DNA of 64,000 nt from sequence record OR999189.1. The stretch is one strand, 5' to 3'. This stretch comes from Enterobacteria phage P922. Position 1 is the first letter of the stretch. Every line of letters starts with the position of its first letter. Below, piece by piece: positions 27,914 through 38,385 of the stretch. Position numbers and translations under genes: made by a program. A model generated the notes under the pieces. That model was not told where the DNA came from. It saw nothing but the letters and a program-made list of their open reading frames with translations, and searched no databases.

Positions 27914-28240
27914 ATGACTATTCAAATTAAAAACGCCATCAATTCTTATGCATATGATAAAGTAGTTTCTTTGCTAGAAAAAGGCGATATTGTAACTCCT
28001 CAAATTTTGGATAAATGGGAAAAAGAGCTTCATCAGACGATGAAACAGAATGATCAGAAAATTGGACGCAATACTATCCGTGAATTGTTGGTTCAATATA
28101 TCCTGTCAGAATTTGATGTTAAAGCTTTTGGTGTAGAATCTAAAGCTTATCAAAAACATGAAATTTCCGATAAAACTATTCGTCGTATGAAAAATCAACG
28201 CAAGAAAAAATTTGCTGACCTGAAAATTACTAAGGCATAA
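27914..28240 (+). CDS. hypothetical protein
   Basis: ORF track; GAGGATAAT RBS. Confidence 0.5.
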   Translation: MTIQIKNAINSYAYDKVVSLLEKGDIVTPQILDKWEKELHQTMKQNDQKIGRNTIRELLVQYILSEFDVKAFGVESKAYQKHEISDKTIRRMKNQRKKKFADLKITKA

Positions 28241-28242
28241 TT

Positions 28243-28458
28243 ATGAACGAAGCTCTTATTAACGATTTACGTCTTGCCGGATATGAAGTAAATATAAACG
28301 GCGTTGGTTTAACTCAAATTGAAGGAAATGGATTCATCCTTGAGTATGAATTTAGCCAATGGTGGTTATATGCCAATTACGGTAAACTGATTGAATATGT
28401 TGACCAATTTGATTCACTAGATGCAGCTCTTGAAGCGGCTAAGTTGATGAATGCATGA
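28243..28458 (+). CDS. hypothetical small protein
   Basis: ORF track. Confidence 0.45.
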   Translation: MNEALINDLRLAGYEVNINGVGLTQIEGNGFILEYEFSQWWLYANYGKLIEYVDQFDSLDAALEAAKLMNA

Positions 28459-28724
28459 AATTTATTAATATTTCTATTACTATTGAAAATTATGGAATTT
28501 TCTATGTTGACCAATATATGAAAATTTCATTTTTCCCAAATAAGACTGGTGTTGGATATTGGGAAAGCCATGTTTCTGAATTAAATGAAAGTGAATATGT
28601 TAGCACACATGAAAAGTTTTTAGACTTTTTATATCATGCTGATTTAACTAGTCATTACATAGATATTCATGAATTTAAAAAGATGATGGAGAAAGTGTTC
28701 CAAGCATACTGTTTACTTAGATAA
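28455..28724 (+). CDS. hypothetical small protein
   Basis: ORF track. Confidence 0.45.
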   Translation: MKFINISITIENYGIFYVDQYMKISFFPNKTGVGYWESHVSELNESEYVSTHEKFLDFLYHADLTSHYIDIHEFKKMMEKVFQAYCLLR

Positions 28725-28804
28725 CTGATTCATCCTCTATGCTTTAAGATAGATCTTCAAATATTATGATATAATAGATCTATGAATTGAGCTAAGAGGT
28801 GAAA

Positions 28805-29362
28805 ATGTCAGAAACTAAGCCTAAATATAATTACGTAAACAATAAAGAGCTTTTACAAGCTATTATTGATTGGAAAACAGAATTAGCAAATAATAAAGAC
28901 CCAAATAAAGTAGTTCGTCAGAATGATACTATCGGATTAGCCATTATGCTTATTGCAGAAGGCTTATCTAAACGTTTCAACTTTTCAGGATACACCCAAT
29001 CCTGGAAACAAGAAATGATTGCAGATGGTATAGAAGCTTCTATTAAGGGGCTTCATAATTTTGACGAAACGAAATATAAAAACCCACATGCATATATAAC
29101 TCAAGCTTGTTTTAATGCATTCGTCCAACGTATTAAAAAAGAACGTAAGGAAGTTGCAAAGAAATATAGTTACTTCGTTCACAATGTCTATGACAGTCGT
29201 GACGACGATATGGTTGCGTTAGTAGATGAAACTTTTATTCAAGACATCTACGATAAAATGACGCATTACGAAGAATCAACCTATAGAACACCGGGGGCTG
29301 AAAAGAAAAGTGTTGTAGACGATTCTCCTAGTTTGGATTTTTTATATGAGGCTAACGATTAA
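28805..29362 (+). CDS. 55: late-transcription sigma factor gp55
   Basis: 185 aa, [24 protein letters not shown]...; ATG 28805 follows GAGGTGAAA RBS. Confidence 0.93.
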
Positions 29363-29564
29363 CCTCTCCGGATTCTTGGAAGAAATACCTGAAGTTGAAG
29401 CTATTCCCTATTTACTTAAAATGTATCTCAGGGAAGTTTTAGCTCTTGACATTGATATTGATCCAGAAAATCCGTATGATACCGCTTTTAAATCTAATGG
29501 TGTAGAATTAAACTATCGGTATCATTTAACAGATGATGATTTTTATTTTATATTAGAGAAATAA
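29346..29564 (+). CDS. hypothetical small protein
   Basis: ORF track. Confidence 0.4.
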
Positions 29565-29565
29565 T

Positions 29566-29883
29566 ATGACTGATAAACCCGAAATTAATGATGAAGTGGA
29601 AAAGCTTATTTCTTCTATTGAAGAAAAGAACCGTCTTGAAGCAGAAAGAAAAGCAAATAAGTTATTGTCTAAAAATAAACGCGAACTGAACCGTCTTTAT
29701 AAACACGCTCAGATTGCAGCTGAAAACAATAATTTTGCTCAATACGAATATGCTATCAAGAAAAGTCGGGATATTCTAAAACAGCCATATAACGATGAAC
29801 TTATTAGTATTCTTTGGAAGACTACTAGATCGCAGATTGAGGATATGATTGATGCTTACACACGTAAAATTCAAGCGTCTTAA
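29566..29883 (+). CDS. hypothetical protein
   Basis: ORF track. Confidence 0.45.
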   Translation: MTDKPEINDEVEKLISSIEEKNRLEAERKANKLLSKNKRELNRLYKHAQIAAENNNFAQYEYAIKKSRDILKQPYNDELISILWKTTRSQIEDMIDAYTRKIQAS

Positions 29884-30055
29884 AATTAATGCAGGATTTA
29901 CTGAATCTTTGAATGGTCATCTTTGCGTGAAAATTTCTGAAAAAGAATACCATGATAGTTCAATCAAAGAAGTTAATCCTCCTATTGTAAGAGCAGACCC
30001 TAATATGAAAGTGTGGGTTGATTCTTATCAAGTCAAAAAATGGTGGCAACTGTGA
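29849..30055 (+). CDS. hypothetical small protein
   Basis: ORF track; overlaps previous ORF. Confidence 0.4.
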   Translation: MMLTHVKFKRLKINAGFTESLNGHLCVKISEKEYHDSSIKEVNPPIVRADPNMKVWVDSYQVKKWWQL

Positions 30056-30231
30056 AAGATGAACACCAGACTTCTGAAATAGATTATAATAAAATTCGTT
30101 CCTCTAAAGTAGAAATGATGAGACGCTTTAAAGAGGCTCATGATAAAGCTAAAGCAGAAGGAACTATAACGTATAAGCGCATAAAATTTAGAAGCTCTAA
30201 TGAGCCTCTGTATGGTGTATTATGCGGATAG
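30040..30231 (+). CDS. hypothetical small protein
   Basis: ORF track. Confidence 0.4.
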   Translation: MVATVKDEHQTSEIDYNKIRSSKVEMMRRFKEAHDKAKAEGTITYKRIKFRSSNEPLYGVLCG

Positions 30232-30250
30232 GAGCTTCGGCTCCTATATT
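30231..30250 (+). terminator. hairpin terminator candidate
   Basis: GGAGC-TTCG-GCTCC, weak T tract. Confidence 0.45.
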
Positions 30251-30297
30251 GCTTTATAAATTTTTGGTAAAATAAACCAAAACAATGAGGACATTAA

Positions 30298-31500
30298 ATG
30301 AAAGTATGTATTTTTATGGCTCGAGGTCTTGAAGGTTGTGGTGTAACTAAATTTTCTCTTGAGCAGCGTGATTGGTTTATTAAAAATGGTCATGAAGTAA
30401 CTTTGGTTTATGCTAAAGATAAATCATTTACTCGTAATTGCGCGCATGATTATAAGTCATTTTCAATTCCGGTTTTATTGGCAAAAGAATACGATAAAAC
30501 GCTTAAGCTGGTAAATGATTGTGATATTCTAGTTATCAATTCAGTTCCTGCTACTTCAGTCGAAGAAGACACAATTAATAACTATAAAAAAATTATTGAT
30601 AACATTAAACCTTCGGTTCGTGTTGTAGTTTATCAGCATGACCATTCTTCTCTTTCTTTGCGTCGAAATTTGGGATTAGAAGAAACTGTTCGTCGAGCTG
30701 ATGTTATTTTTAGCCATTCTGATAATGGTGACTTTAATAAAGTTTTGATGAAAGAATGGTATCCGGAAACTGTTTCTTTGTTTGATGATATTGAAGAAGC
30801 ACCGACCGTATATAACTTTCAGCCTCCTATGGATATTGCGAAGGTTCGATCAACCTACTGGAAAGATGTTTCTGAAATTAACATGAATATCAACCGTTGG
30901 ATTGGTCGTACTACTACATGGAAAGGCTTTTATCAGATGTTTGATTTTCATGAAAAACATCTTAAACCTGCAGGACTAAGTACTATTATGGAAGGTCTGG
31001 AACGTTCTCCAGCATTTATTCCTATTAAAGAAAAAGGAATTCCATACGAGTATTATCGTCTTCATCAAGTAGACCAAATTAAAATTGCTCCTAATTTGCC
31101 AACGCAAATTCTCGACCGTTATGTAAATAGCGAAATGCTTGAACGCATGAGTAAATCCGGATTTGGTTATCAGCTGAGTAAATTAGATAAAAAATATCTA
31201 CAGCGTTCTTTAGAATATACTCATCTCGAGCTTGGTGCATGCGGAACAATTCCAGTATTTTGGAAATCTACTGGCGAAAATTTAAAATTCCGTGTTGATA
31301 ATACTCCGTTAATTTCTCATGATAGCGGTATCGTTTGGTTTGATGAAAATGACATGGAATCAACATTTGAACGTATTAAAGAACTGTCATCTGACCGAGC
31401 TCTTTATGACCGTGAGCGAGAAAAAGCGTATGAATTTTTGTATCAACATCAAGATTCAAGCTTCTGCTTTAAAGAACAGTTTGACATTATTACAAAATAA
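30298..31500 (+). CDS. agt: DNA alpha-glucosyltransferase
   Basis: 400 aa, MKVCIFMARGLEGCGVTKFSLEQRDWFIKNGHEVTLVYAKDKSF... matches T4 alpha-GT as I recall it. Confidence 0.93.
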   Translation: MKVCIFMARGLEGCGVTKFSLEQRDWFIKNGHEVTLVYAKDKSFTRNCAHDYKSFSIPVLLAKEYDKTLKLVNDCDILVINSVPATSVEEDTINNYKKIIDNIKPSVRVVVYQHDHSSLSLRRNLGLEETVRRADVIFSHSDNGDFNKVLMKEWYPETVSLFDDIEEAPTVYNFQPPMDIAKVRSTYWKDVSEINMNINRWIGRTTTWKGFYQMFDFHEKHLKPAGLSTIMEGLERSPAFIPIKEKGIPYEYYRLHQVDQIKIAPNLPTQILDRYVNSEMLERMSKSGFGYQLSKLDKKYLQRSLEYTHLELGACGTIPVFWKSTGENLKFRVDNTPLISHDSGIVWFDENDMESTFERIKELSSDRALYDREREKAYEFLYQHQDSSFCFKEQFDIITK

Positions 31501-31501
31501 A

Positions 31502-31516
31502 GGGCTTCGGCCCTTT
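31502..31516 (+). terminator. rho-independent terminator
   Basis: GGGC-TTCG-GCCC then TTT. Confidence 0.65.
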
Positions 31517-31539
31517 AGCTTTATACGGAGTTTGATATA

Positions 31540-31680
31540 ATGATATTTCTTGGATATGTGATACTTTTTCTTGCATTTTATCTATTCACTAGAGCATGTT
31601 GGATTGGATTCTTTAGCACTCCAGATGGATTTATTTCAATAATTTTATTTTGCATTTCAATGACGGTTCTTGATATATGA
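31540..31680 (+). CDS. 46-aa hydrophobic peptide
   Basis: MIFLGYVILFLAFYLFTRACWIGFFSTPDGFISIILFCISMTVLDI; ATGA overlap with following GIY-YIG gene. Confidence 0.35.
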   Translation: MIFLGYVILFLAFYLFTRACWIGFFSTPDGFISIILFCISMTVLDI

Positions 31681-32300
31681 AAAAATATATAACTTATTTA
31701 ACAATATATAGTGGAGATAAACTTCCTCCTTTTTATATTGGATCTACATCTTTAGACAGGCATTTAGCCGGATATCATGGATCAGTTTTATCTAAAAAGT
31801 ATAAGAAAATTTATAATGAAGAACTTTCAAATAACCCACATTTATTTGATTCATGCATTTTAGATGAATTTGATACGCGCGAAGAAGCTATTAAATGCGA
31901 GCTATATTATCAACGTTTGCATGATGCGGTTAAAAATCCATTGTTCTTTAATATGTCATATGCTGCTCCAAAAGGTTCATTTGGAAGAGATATTAAAGGA
32001 CAAAATCATCCATTATATGGTTCTCATAATTGTAAAGGAAACATACATTCACATGACCCATTAACAGGAAAATCTGCCTTTTTACCATATATTCCAGAAG
32101 GTTATGTAAAAGGAAGGTCAAATAAATTTAAAGCTTCATCACATAATAAAGGTAAAAAATGGTATAATAATGGAGTTAAGCAAATGTTATGTCATGAACC
32201 TCCTGGTCCTGAATGGACAAAAGGAAAAATTAAAGAACTAGTTTCAAAAGCAGCTAAATTAGGATGGAAAAGATACCATGAAAATATTAAACTTGGGTGA
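31677..32300 (+). CDS. GIY-YIG homing endonuclease (Seg-like, free-standing)
   Basis: ITYLTIYSGDKLPPFYIGSTS...R...E...N GIY-YIG pattern; Lys/Gly-rich C-terminal region. Confidence 0.7.
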   Translation: MKKYITYLTIYSGDKLPPFYIGSTSLDRHLAGYHGSVLSKKYKKIYNEELSNNPHLFDSCILDEFDTREEAIKCELYYQRLHDAVKNPLFFNMSYAAPKGSFGRDIKGQNHPLYGSHNCKGNIHSHDPLTGKSAFLPYIPEGYVKGRSNKFKASSHNKGKKWYNNGVKQMLCHEPPGPEWTKGKIKELVSKAAKLGWKRYHENIKLG

Positions 32301-33297
32301 TTGGCATTTAGGCGTTAAAGCTGATGATGAATGGATTCGCGGTATTCAAATTGATGGAATTAAACAAGCGATAGAATATTCTAAGAAAAATGGAATTACT
32401 GTATGGATTCAATACGGTGATATTTTTGATGTACGAAAAGCGATCACGCATAAAACTATGGAGTTTGCTCGTGAAATAGTTCAAATGCTTGATGACGTTG
32501 GAATCACATTACATACTATTGTAGGAAATCACGATCTCCACTATAAAAATGTAATGCATCCAAATGCTTCTACTGAGCTTTTGGCTAAATATCCTAATGT
32601 TAAAGTATATGATAAGCCTACTACAGTAGATTTTGACGGATGTTTAATTGATTTAATTCCTTGGATGTGTGAAGAAAATACTGGTGAAATTCTTGAGCAC
32701 ATCAAAACTTCATCTGCTTCTTTTTGCGTCGGTCACTGGGAACTGAATGGATTTTATTTTTATAAAGGAATGAAATCTCACGGTCTTGAACCTGATTTCC
32801 TTAAGACTTATAAAGAGGTGTGGTCTGGTCACTTCCATACTATCTCTGAGGCTGCTAACGTCAGATATATTGGGACACCATGGACACTAACTGCAGGTGA
32901 CGAGAATGACCCTCGTGGGTTCTGGATGTTTGATACAGAAACAGAACGAATGGAATTTATTCCAAACAACACTACCTGGCATCGTAGAATTCATTATCCA
33001 TTTAAAGGAAAAATTGACTATAAAGATTTTACAAATCTATCAGTACGTGTTATAGTAACTGAAGTAGACAAAAATCTAACGAAGTTCGAATCTGAACTAG
33101 AAAAAGTTGTGCATTCATTACGAGTTGTGTCAAAGATTGATAACTCTGTCGAGTCAGATGACAGTGAAGAAGTTGAAGTTCAATCTCTTCAGACGTTGAT
33201 GGAAGAATACATTAATGCAATTCCAGACATCACTGATTCTGACCGTGAAGCACTTATTCAATATGCAAATCAGTTATATGTAGAGGCAACACAATGA
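32278..33297 (+). CDS. 47: recombination nuclease subunit gp47 (Mre11/SbcD-like)
   Basis: 339 aa; phosphoesterase motifs LGDWHLG, GNHD, GHWE...GH. Confidence 0.93.
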   Translation: MKILNLGDWHLGVKADDEWIRGIQIDGIKQAIEYSKKNGITVWIQYGDIFDVRKAITHKTMEFAREIVQMLDDVGITLHTIVGNHDLHYKNVMHPNASTELLAKYPNVKVYDKPTTVDFDGCLIDLIPWMCEENTGEILEHIKTSSASFCVGHWELNGFYFYKGMKSHGLEPDFLKTYKEVWSGHFHTISEAANVRYIGTPWTLTAGDENDPRGFWMFDTETERMEFIPNNTTWHRRIHYPFKGKIDYKDFTNLSVRVIVTEVDKNLTKFESELEKVVHSLRVVSKIDNSVESDDSEEVEVQSLQTLMEEYINAIPDITDSDREALIQYANQLYVEATQ

Positions 33298-33557
33298 CTT
33301 TTGATGAATTTAAAAATGTTATGATGAGTCAGCATTTTGAATGCGAAGTAAAAGATGATATTGGGCATAAAGAAATTATTGAATATTGGTTTGAACCGCT
33401 AGAGGTTGAAGATAATTGTATTAAAAAGGTCACGGTCTGCACTGACTGGGCTGTATCTTTTAACTTCAACATTTTAGATAATGACACACCTAAATCATTG
33501 CGAGATATGGCCGTATCTTGTATTAAGGATGCATACTGTGAAGTTTTCGACATTTGA
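33294..33557 (+). CDS. hypothetical small protein
   Basis: ORF track. Confidence 0.45.
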   Translation: MTFDEFKNVMMSQHFECEVKDDIGHKEIIEYWFEPLEVEDNCIKKVTVCTDWAVSFNFNILDNDTPKSLRDMAVSCIKDAYCEVFDI

Positions 33558-33744
33558 CATTAATGATGAATTCATAGCAAACATTGATTATACCGAAGAA
33601 GATTCTAGATATGTTGGAATAATTTATATTACATCAAAAACAGCACAAGGCGTTGTTTGCATGGCTGAATTTGATGAATACTTTTTAGATTATGATGATA
33701 TGATAGAATGGTCTAAAAGATACATTAAAAGGAATCTTTTGTGA
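33481..33744 (+). CDS. hypothetical small protein (start uncertain)
   Basis: ORF track; overlaps previous ORF, no clear RBS. Confidence 0.4.
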   Translation: MTHLNHCEIWPYLVLRMHTVKFSTFDINDEFIANIDYTEEDSRYVGIIYITSKTAQGVVCMAEFDEYFLDYDDMIEWSKRYIKRNLL

Positions 33745-35423
33745 AGAATTTTAAACTAAACCGAGTTAGGTATCAAAATATAATGTCAGTAGGTGGAAAT
33801 CCTATTGACATTCAATTAGATAAGGTTCAAAAAACTCTTATTACTGGACGAAATGGCGGTGGTAAGTCTACTATGTTAGAAGCCATCACATTTGGGCTTT
33901 TTGGCAAGCCATTTCGTGATGTAAAGAAAGGTCAATTAATAAACAGCACAAATAAGAAAGAACTTTTAGTTGAACTGTGGATGGAATATGATGAGAAAAA
34001 GTACTATATCAAAAGAGGACAAAAACCGAATGTTTTTGAAATCACCGTTAACGGTACACGTCTTAATGAATCTGCCAGCAGTAAAGATTTCCAAGCAGAA
34101 TTTGAACAGCTTATCGGAATGTCATATGCCAGTTTCAAACAGATCGTCGTACTCGGCACGGCTGGATATACCCCTTTTATGGGCCTATCCACTCCTGCAA
34201 GAAGAAAACTCGTCGAAGACCTGCTCGAGGTAGGAACATTAGCTGAAATGGATAAGCTTAATAAAGCACTAATACGTGAATTAAATTCACAGAACCAAGT
34301 GCTTGATGTTAAAAAAGATAGTATTATCCAGCAAATTAAAATATATAATGATAACGTTGAACGCCAGAAAAAATTAACTGGTGATAACCTTACTCGTCTG
34401 CAGAATATGTACGATGATTTGGCAAAAGAAGCTAGAACGCTAAAATCGGAAATAGAAGAAGCTAATGAAAGATTAGTTAATATTGTTTTGGATGAAGACC
34501 CGACTGATGCATTTAATAAAATCGGTCAAGAAGCATTTTTAATTAAATCAAAAATTGACTCGTATAATAAAGTCATTAATATGTATCACGAAGGTGGATT
34601 ATGTCCAACCTGTTTGTCACAATTAAGTTCCGGTGATAAAGTTGTTTCTAAAATTAAAGATAAAGTTTCTGAATGTACGCATTCATTTGAACAGCTTTCA
34701 ACACATCGTGATAATTTAAAAGTTCTTGTTGATGAATACCGAGATAATATTAAAACCCAGCAGACGTTGGCAAATGATATTCGCAATAAAAAGCAATCCT
34801 TAATCACGACGGTAGATAAAGCTAAAAAGGTTAAAGCGGCTATAGAAAAAGCATCATCTGAGTTTATTGACCATGCTGATGAAATAGCACTGCTTCAAGA
34901 AGAACTTGATAAAATTGTTAAGACAAAAACTAATTTAGTAATGGAAAAATACCACAGAGGAATTTTGACTGACATGCTCAAAGATTCTGGTATTAAAGGC
35001 GCTATTATTAAAAAGTACATTCCATTATTTAATAAGCAGATTAACCATTATCTTAAAATAATGGAAGCGGATTATGTGTTTACATTAGATGAAGAATTTA
35101 ATGAGACAATTAAATCCCGTGGTCGTGAAGATTTTAGTTATGCTTCATTTAGTCAAGGTGAAAAAGCACGAATTGATATTGCTCTTTTATTTACTTGGCG
35201 TGATATTGCTGAAAAAGTTTCAGGTGTTAAAATAAACACACTAATTCTTGATGAAGTTTTTGATTCAGCAACCGATGTTGAAGGTGTAAAAGCTATTTCA
35301 ACTATTTTAGATAGTTTAAAAAATACTAATGTTTTTGTTATTTCACATAGAGACCACGACCCGCAAGCATATGGTCAGCATCTTCAAATGAAGAAAGTTG
35401 GTCGATTTACTGTAATGGTTTAA
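33741..35423 (+). CDS. 46: recombination ATPase gp46 (Rad50/SbcC-like)
   Basis: 560 aa; Walker A GRNGGGKST, central coiled coil with CPTC zinc hook, C-terminal LILDEVFDS. Confidence 0.93.
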   Translation: MKNFKLNRVRYQNIMSVGGNPIDIQLDKVQKTLITGRNGGGKSTMLEAITFGLFGKPFRDVKKGQLINSTNKKELLVELWMEYDEKKYYIKRGQKPNVFEITVNGTRLNESASSKDFQAEFEQLIGMSYASFKQIVVLGTAGYTPFMGLSTPARRKLVEDLLEVGTLAEMDKLNKALIRELNSQNQVLDVKKDSIIQQIKIYNDNVERQKKLTGDNLTRLQNMYDDLAKEARTLKSEIEEANERLVNIVLDEDPTDAFNKIGQEAFLIKSKIDSYNKVINMYHEGGLCPTCLSQLSSGDKVVSKIKDKVSECTHSFEQLSTHRDNLKVLVDEYRDNIKTQQTLANDIRNKKQSLITTVDKAKKVKAAIEKASSEFIDHADEIALLQEELDKIVKTKTNLVMEKYHRGILTDMLKDSGIKGAIIKKYIPLFNKQINHYLKIMEADYVFTLDEEFNETIKSRGREDFSYASFSQGEKARIDIALLFTWRDIAEKVSGVKINTLILDEVFDSATDVEGVKAISTILDSLKNTNVFVISHRDHDPQAYGQHLQMKKVGRFTVMV

Positions 35424-35478
35424 TTTATAAGAGATTATGCTTTAATTTATTAGAGTATAATCTCTATGGAGGAAAAAC

Positions 35479-35667
35479 ATGGAATATTCAACTGGACAGC
35501 ATCTATTAACTATTCCCGAAATAAAACGATATATTCTGAGAAATAATTTTTCTAATGAAGAGCATATAGTTACTGAATCTATGCTTAAGAATGCATTTAA
35601 ATCAGAATATACGAAAATAATGTCCAACAGAAATGAAGCTTGGACTGTTACTGATTATTATGACTAA
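35479..35667 (+). CDS. hypothetical small protein
   Basis: ORF track. Confidence 0.45.
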   Translation: MEYSTGQHLLTIPEIKRYILRNNFSNEEHIVTESMLKNAFKSEYTKIMSNRNEAWTVTDYYD

Positions 35668-35676
35668 AGGTGTATT

Positions 35677-36066
35677 ATGACTAAAATTACTGTGAATTAT
35701 AGTGTTGATGTAAAAGATATTCAGCCAAAACACGTGCGTTCTGAATCAAATCCACAAAACCAAAATAAAATTCGTCGAGCATGGGTTTTGTCTCTTTCTG
35801 ATAACGCGATGGAAGTTATTCAGAGCAAAATTAAATCTGCACCTGCTCGTCATGCGTATTATGAAGCTATCGATCGTGAAGTGAGTGATAAATGGATTGA
35901 ACTAATGCGCAAACATACGTCAGAATCTCTAAATGCTGGTGCTAAATTTATTATGACTTCATGTGGTGAACGCCTTGAAGACGATTATTGTGGTAATGCA
36001 GATGAACGTCTAATTGTTGCTGCTCAAATTGTTGCGGAAACAATTGCTGCTGATTTTAATCGTTAA
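35677..36066 (+). CDS. rpbA: RNA polymerase binding protein RpbA
   Basis: 129 aa, upstream of gene 45 as in T4. Confidence 0.7.
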   Translation: MTKITVNYSVDVKDIQPKHVRSESNPQNQNKIRRAWVLSLSDNAMEVIQSKIKSAPARHAYYEAIDREVSDKWIELMRKHTSESLNAGAKFIMTSCGERLEDDYCGNADERLIVAAQIVAETIAADFNR

Positions 36067-36090
36067 TTGCTTTATTAAATTAGTTATAAA
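36065..36090 (+). promoter_or_regulatory. candidate MotA-dependent middle promoter for gene 45
   Basis: MotA-box-like AATTGCTTTA 36065-36074, then TATAAA 36085-36090. Confidence 0.4.
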
Positions 36091-36121
36091 ATTAAATCTC
36101 ATTTGAATTGAAGGAAATTAC

Positions 36122-36808
36122 ATGAAACTGTCTAAAGATACTACTGCTCTGCTTAAAAATTTCGCTACTATTAACTCTGGTATTATGCTTAAATCCGGTC
36201 AATTTATTATGACTCGCGCGGTTAATGGTACAACTTATGCGGAAGCAAATATTTCTGACACTATTGATTTTGATGTAGCAATTTACGATTTGAACGGTTT
36301 TCTCGGTATTCTGTCTCTAGTTAATGATGATGCAGAAATTTCCCAGTCAGAAGATGGTAATATTAAAATTGCTGATGCTCGTTCAACAATTTTTTGGCCA
36401 GCAGCCGATCCGAGTACAGTAGTTGCTCCTAATAAACCAATTCCATTCCCGGTAGCATCTGTTGTTACTGAAATTAAAGCTGAAGACCTTCAACAGCTGT
36501 TGCGTGTATCTCGTGGTCTGCAGATTGATACAATTGCTATCACAGTAAAAGAAGGTAAAATCGTAATTAACGGTTTTAATAAAGTAGAAGATTCTGCTTT
36601 GACCCGTGTTAAATATTCTTTGACTCTTGGTGATTATGATGGCGAAAATACATTTAATTTCATTATCAATATGGCAAATATGAAAATGCAACCAGGAAAT
36701 TATAAACTTCTGCTCTGGGCAAAAGGTAAACAAGGTGCTGCTAAATTTGAAGGTGAACACGCGAATTATGTAGTAGCTCTTGAAGCTGATTCTACCCACG
36801 ACTTTTAA
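36122..36808 (+). CDS. 45: sliding clamp gp45
   Basis: 228 aa, MKLSKDTTALLKNFATINSGIMLKSGQFIMTRAVNGTTYAEANISD... matches T4 gp45. Confidence 0.96.
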   Translation: MKLSKDTTALLKNFATINSGIMLKSGQFIMTRAVNGTTYAEANISDTIDFDVAIYDLNGFLGILSLVNDDAEISQSEDGNIKIADARSTIFWPAADPSTVVAPNKPIPFPVASVVTEIKAEDLQQLLRVSRGLQIDTIAITVKEGKIVINGFNKVEDSALTRVKYSLTLGDYDGENTFNFIINMANMKMQPGNYKLLLWAKGKQGAAKFEGEHANYVVALEADSTHDF

Positions 36809-36812
36809 TAAA

Positions 36813-36827
36813 GGGCTTCGGCCCTTT
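36813..36827 (+). terminator. rho-independent terminator
   Basis: GGGC-TTCG-GCCC then TTT. Confidence 0.65.
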
Positions 36828-36859
36828 ATAATTTACACTAAAACTTGAATGAGGAAATT

Positions 36860-37819
36860 ATGATTACTGTAAATGAAAAAGAACACATTCTTGAACAGAA
36901 ATATCGTCCATCTACTATCGATGAATGTATTCTTCCCGCCTTTGATAAAGAAACCTTTAAATCTATTACAAGTAAAGGTAAGATTCCACATATTATTCTT
37001 CATTCTCCTTCTCCAGGAACAGGTAAAACAACCGTAGCAAAAGCATTGTGTCATGATGTAAATGCTGATATGATGTTTGTGAATGGGTCAGATTGTAAAA
37101 TTGATTTCGTTCGTGGTCCTTTGACTAATTTTGCTAGTGCAGCTTCATTTGATGGTCGTCAAAAAGTAATCGTCATTGATGAATTTGACCGTTCAGGATT
37201 AGCAGAGTCTCAGCGACATCTTCGTTCCTTTATGGAAGCTTATAGTTCAAACTGTAGTATTATTATTACTGCTAACAATATTGATGGTATTATTAAACCG
37301 CTTCAGTCACGCTGCCGAGTTATTACGTTCGGTCAACCGACCGATGAAGATAAAATTGAAATGATGAAGCAGATGATTCGTCGATTGACTGAAATCTGTA
37401 AGCGTGAAGGAATTGCTATAGCTGATATGAAAGTTGTAGCAGCTTTGGTTAAAAAGAATTTTCCTGATTTTCGTAAAACTATCGGCGAGCTCGATAGTTA
37501 TTCATCTAAAGGTGTTTTGGATGCTGGTATTTTATCACTGGTTACTAACGATCGTGGTGCTATTGATGATGTTCTTGAGTCTCTCAAAAATAAAGATGTT
37601 AAACAACTCAGAGCTTTAGCACCAAAATATGCGGCTGATTATTCGTGGTTCGTAGGTAAACTTGCCGAAGAAATTTATACACGCGTAACTCCGCAAAGTA
37701 TTATTCGTATGTATGAAATTGTTGGTGAAAATAACCAGTATCATGGAATTGCGGCTAATACTGAATTACATTTAGCATATCTTTTCATTCAATTGGCATG
37801 CGAAATGCAGTGGAAGTGA
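36860..37819 (+). CDS. 44: clamp loader large subunit gp44
   Basis: Begins [22 protein letters not shown]; Walker [11 protein letters not shown]; 319 aa. Confidence 0.95.
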   Translation: MITVNEKEHILEQKYRPSTIDECILPAFDKETFKSITSKGKIPHIILHSPSPGTGKTTVAKALCHDVNADMMFVNGSDCKIDFVRGPLTNFASAASFDGRQKVIVIDEFDRSGLAESQRHLRSFMEAYSSNCSIIITANNIDGIIKPLQSRCRVITFGQPTDEDKIEMMKQMIRRLTEICKREGIAIADMKVVAALVKKNFPDFRKTIGELDSYSSKGVLDAGILSLVTNDRGAIDDVLESLKNKDVKQLRALAPKYAADYSWFVGKLAEEIYTRVTPQSIIRMYEIVGENNQYHGIAANTELHLAYLFIQLACEMQWK

Positions 37820-37820
37820 T

Positions 37821-38384
37821 ATGAGCTTATTTGAAGATGATATTCAATTAAACGAGCATCAAGTTGCTTGGTATTCAAAAGATTGGACAGCTGTCCAATC
37901 TGCTGCTGATTCTTTTAAAGAAAAAGCTGAAAATGAGTTTTTTGAAATAATTGGAGCTATTAATAATAAAACTAAATGCTCTATTGCTCAAAAAGATTAT
38001 TCAAAATACATGGTTGAGAATGCATTATCACAATTTCCGGAGTGCATGCCAGCTGTATATGCTATGAATTTAATTGGATCAGGTTTAAGCGATGAAGCCC
38101 ATTTTAATTATCTGATGGCTGCTGTTCCTCGTGGTAAAAGATATGGTAAATGGGCAAAACTGGTTGAAGATTCTACCGAAGTATTGATTATTAAGTTACT
38201 TGCTAAGCGGTATCAAGTTAATACAAATGATGCAATTAACTATAAATCAATTCTTACTAAAAATGGAAAACTTCCTTTAGTATTAAAAGAACTAAAAGGT
38301 TTAGTCACGGATGATTTTTTGAAAGAAGTGACTAAGAATGTAAAAGAACAGAAACAACTCAAAAAACTAGCATTGGAATGGTAA
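37821..38384 (+). CDS. 62: clamp loader small subunit gp62
   Basis: 187 aa immediately after gene 44. Confidence 0.9.
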   Translation: MSLFEDDIQLNEHQVAWYSKDWTAVQSAADSFKEKAENEFFEIIGAINNKTKCSIAQKDYSKYMVENALSQFPECMPAVYAMNLIGSGLSDEAHFNYLMAAVPRGKRYGKWAKLVEDSTEVLIIKLLAKRYQVNTNDAINYKSILTKNGKLPLVLKELKGLVTDDFLKEVTKNVKEQKQLKKLALEW

Positions 38385-38385
38385 A

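Noticed and set aside
31864-32064. 66-aa ORF in an alternative frame
   Set aside because: Embedded within the GIY-YIG endonuclease gene; no RBS.
36383-36799. 138-aa minus-strand ORF
   Set aside because: Lies entirely inside the well-supported gene 45 on the opposite strand; no RBS; antisense shadow.
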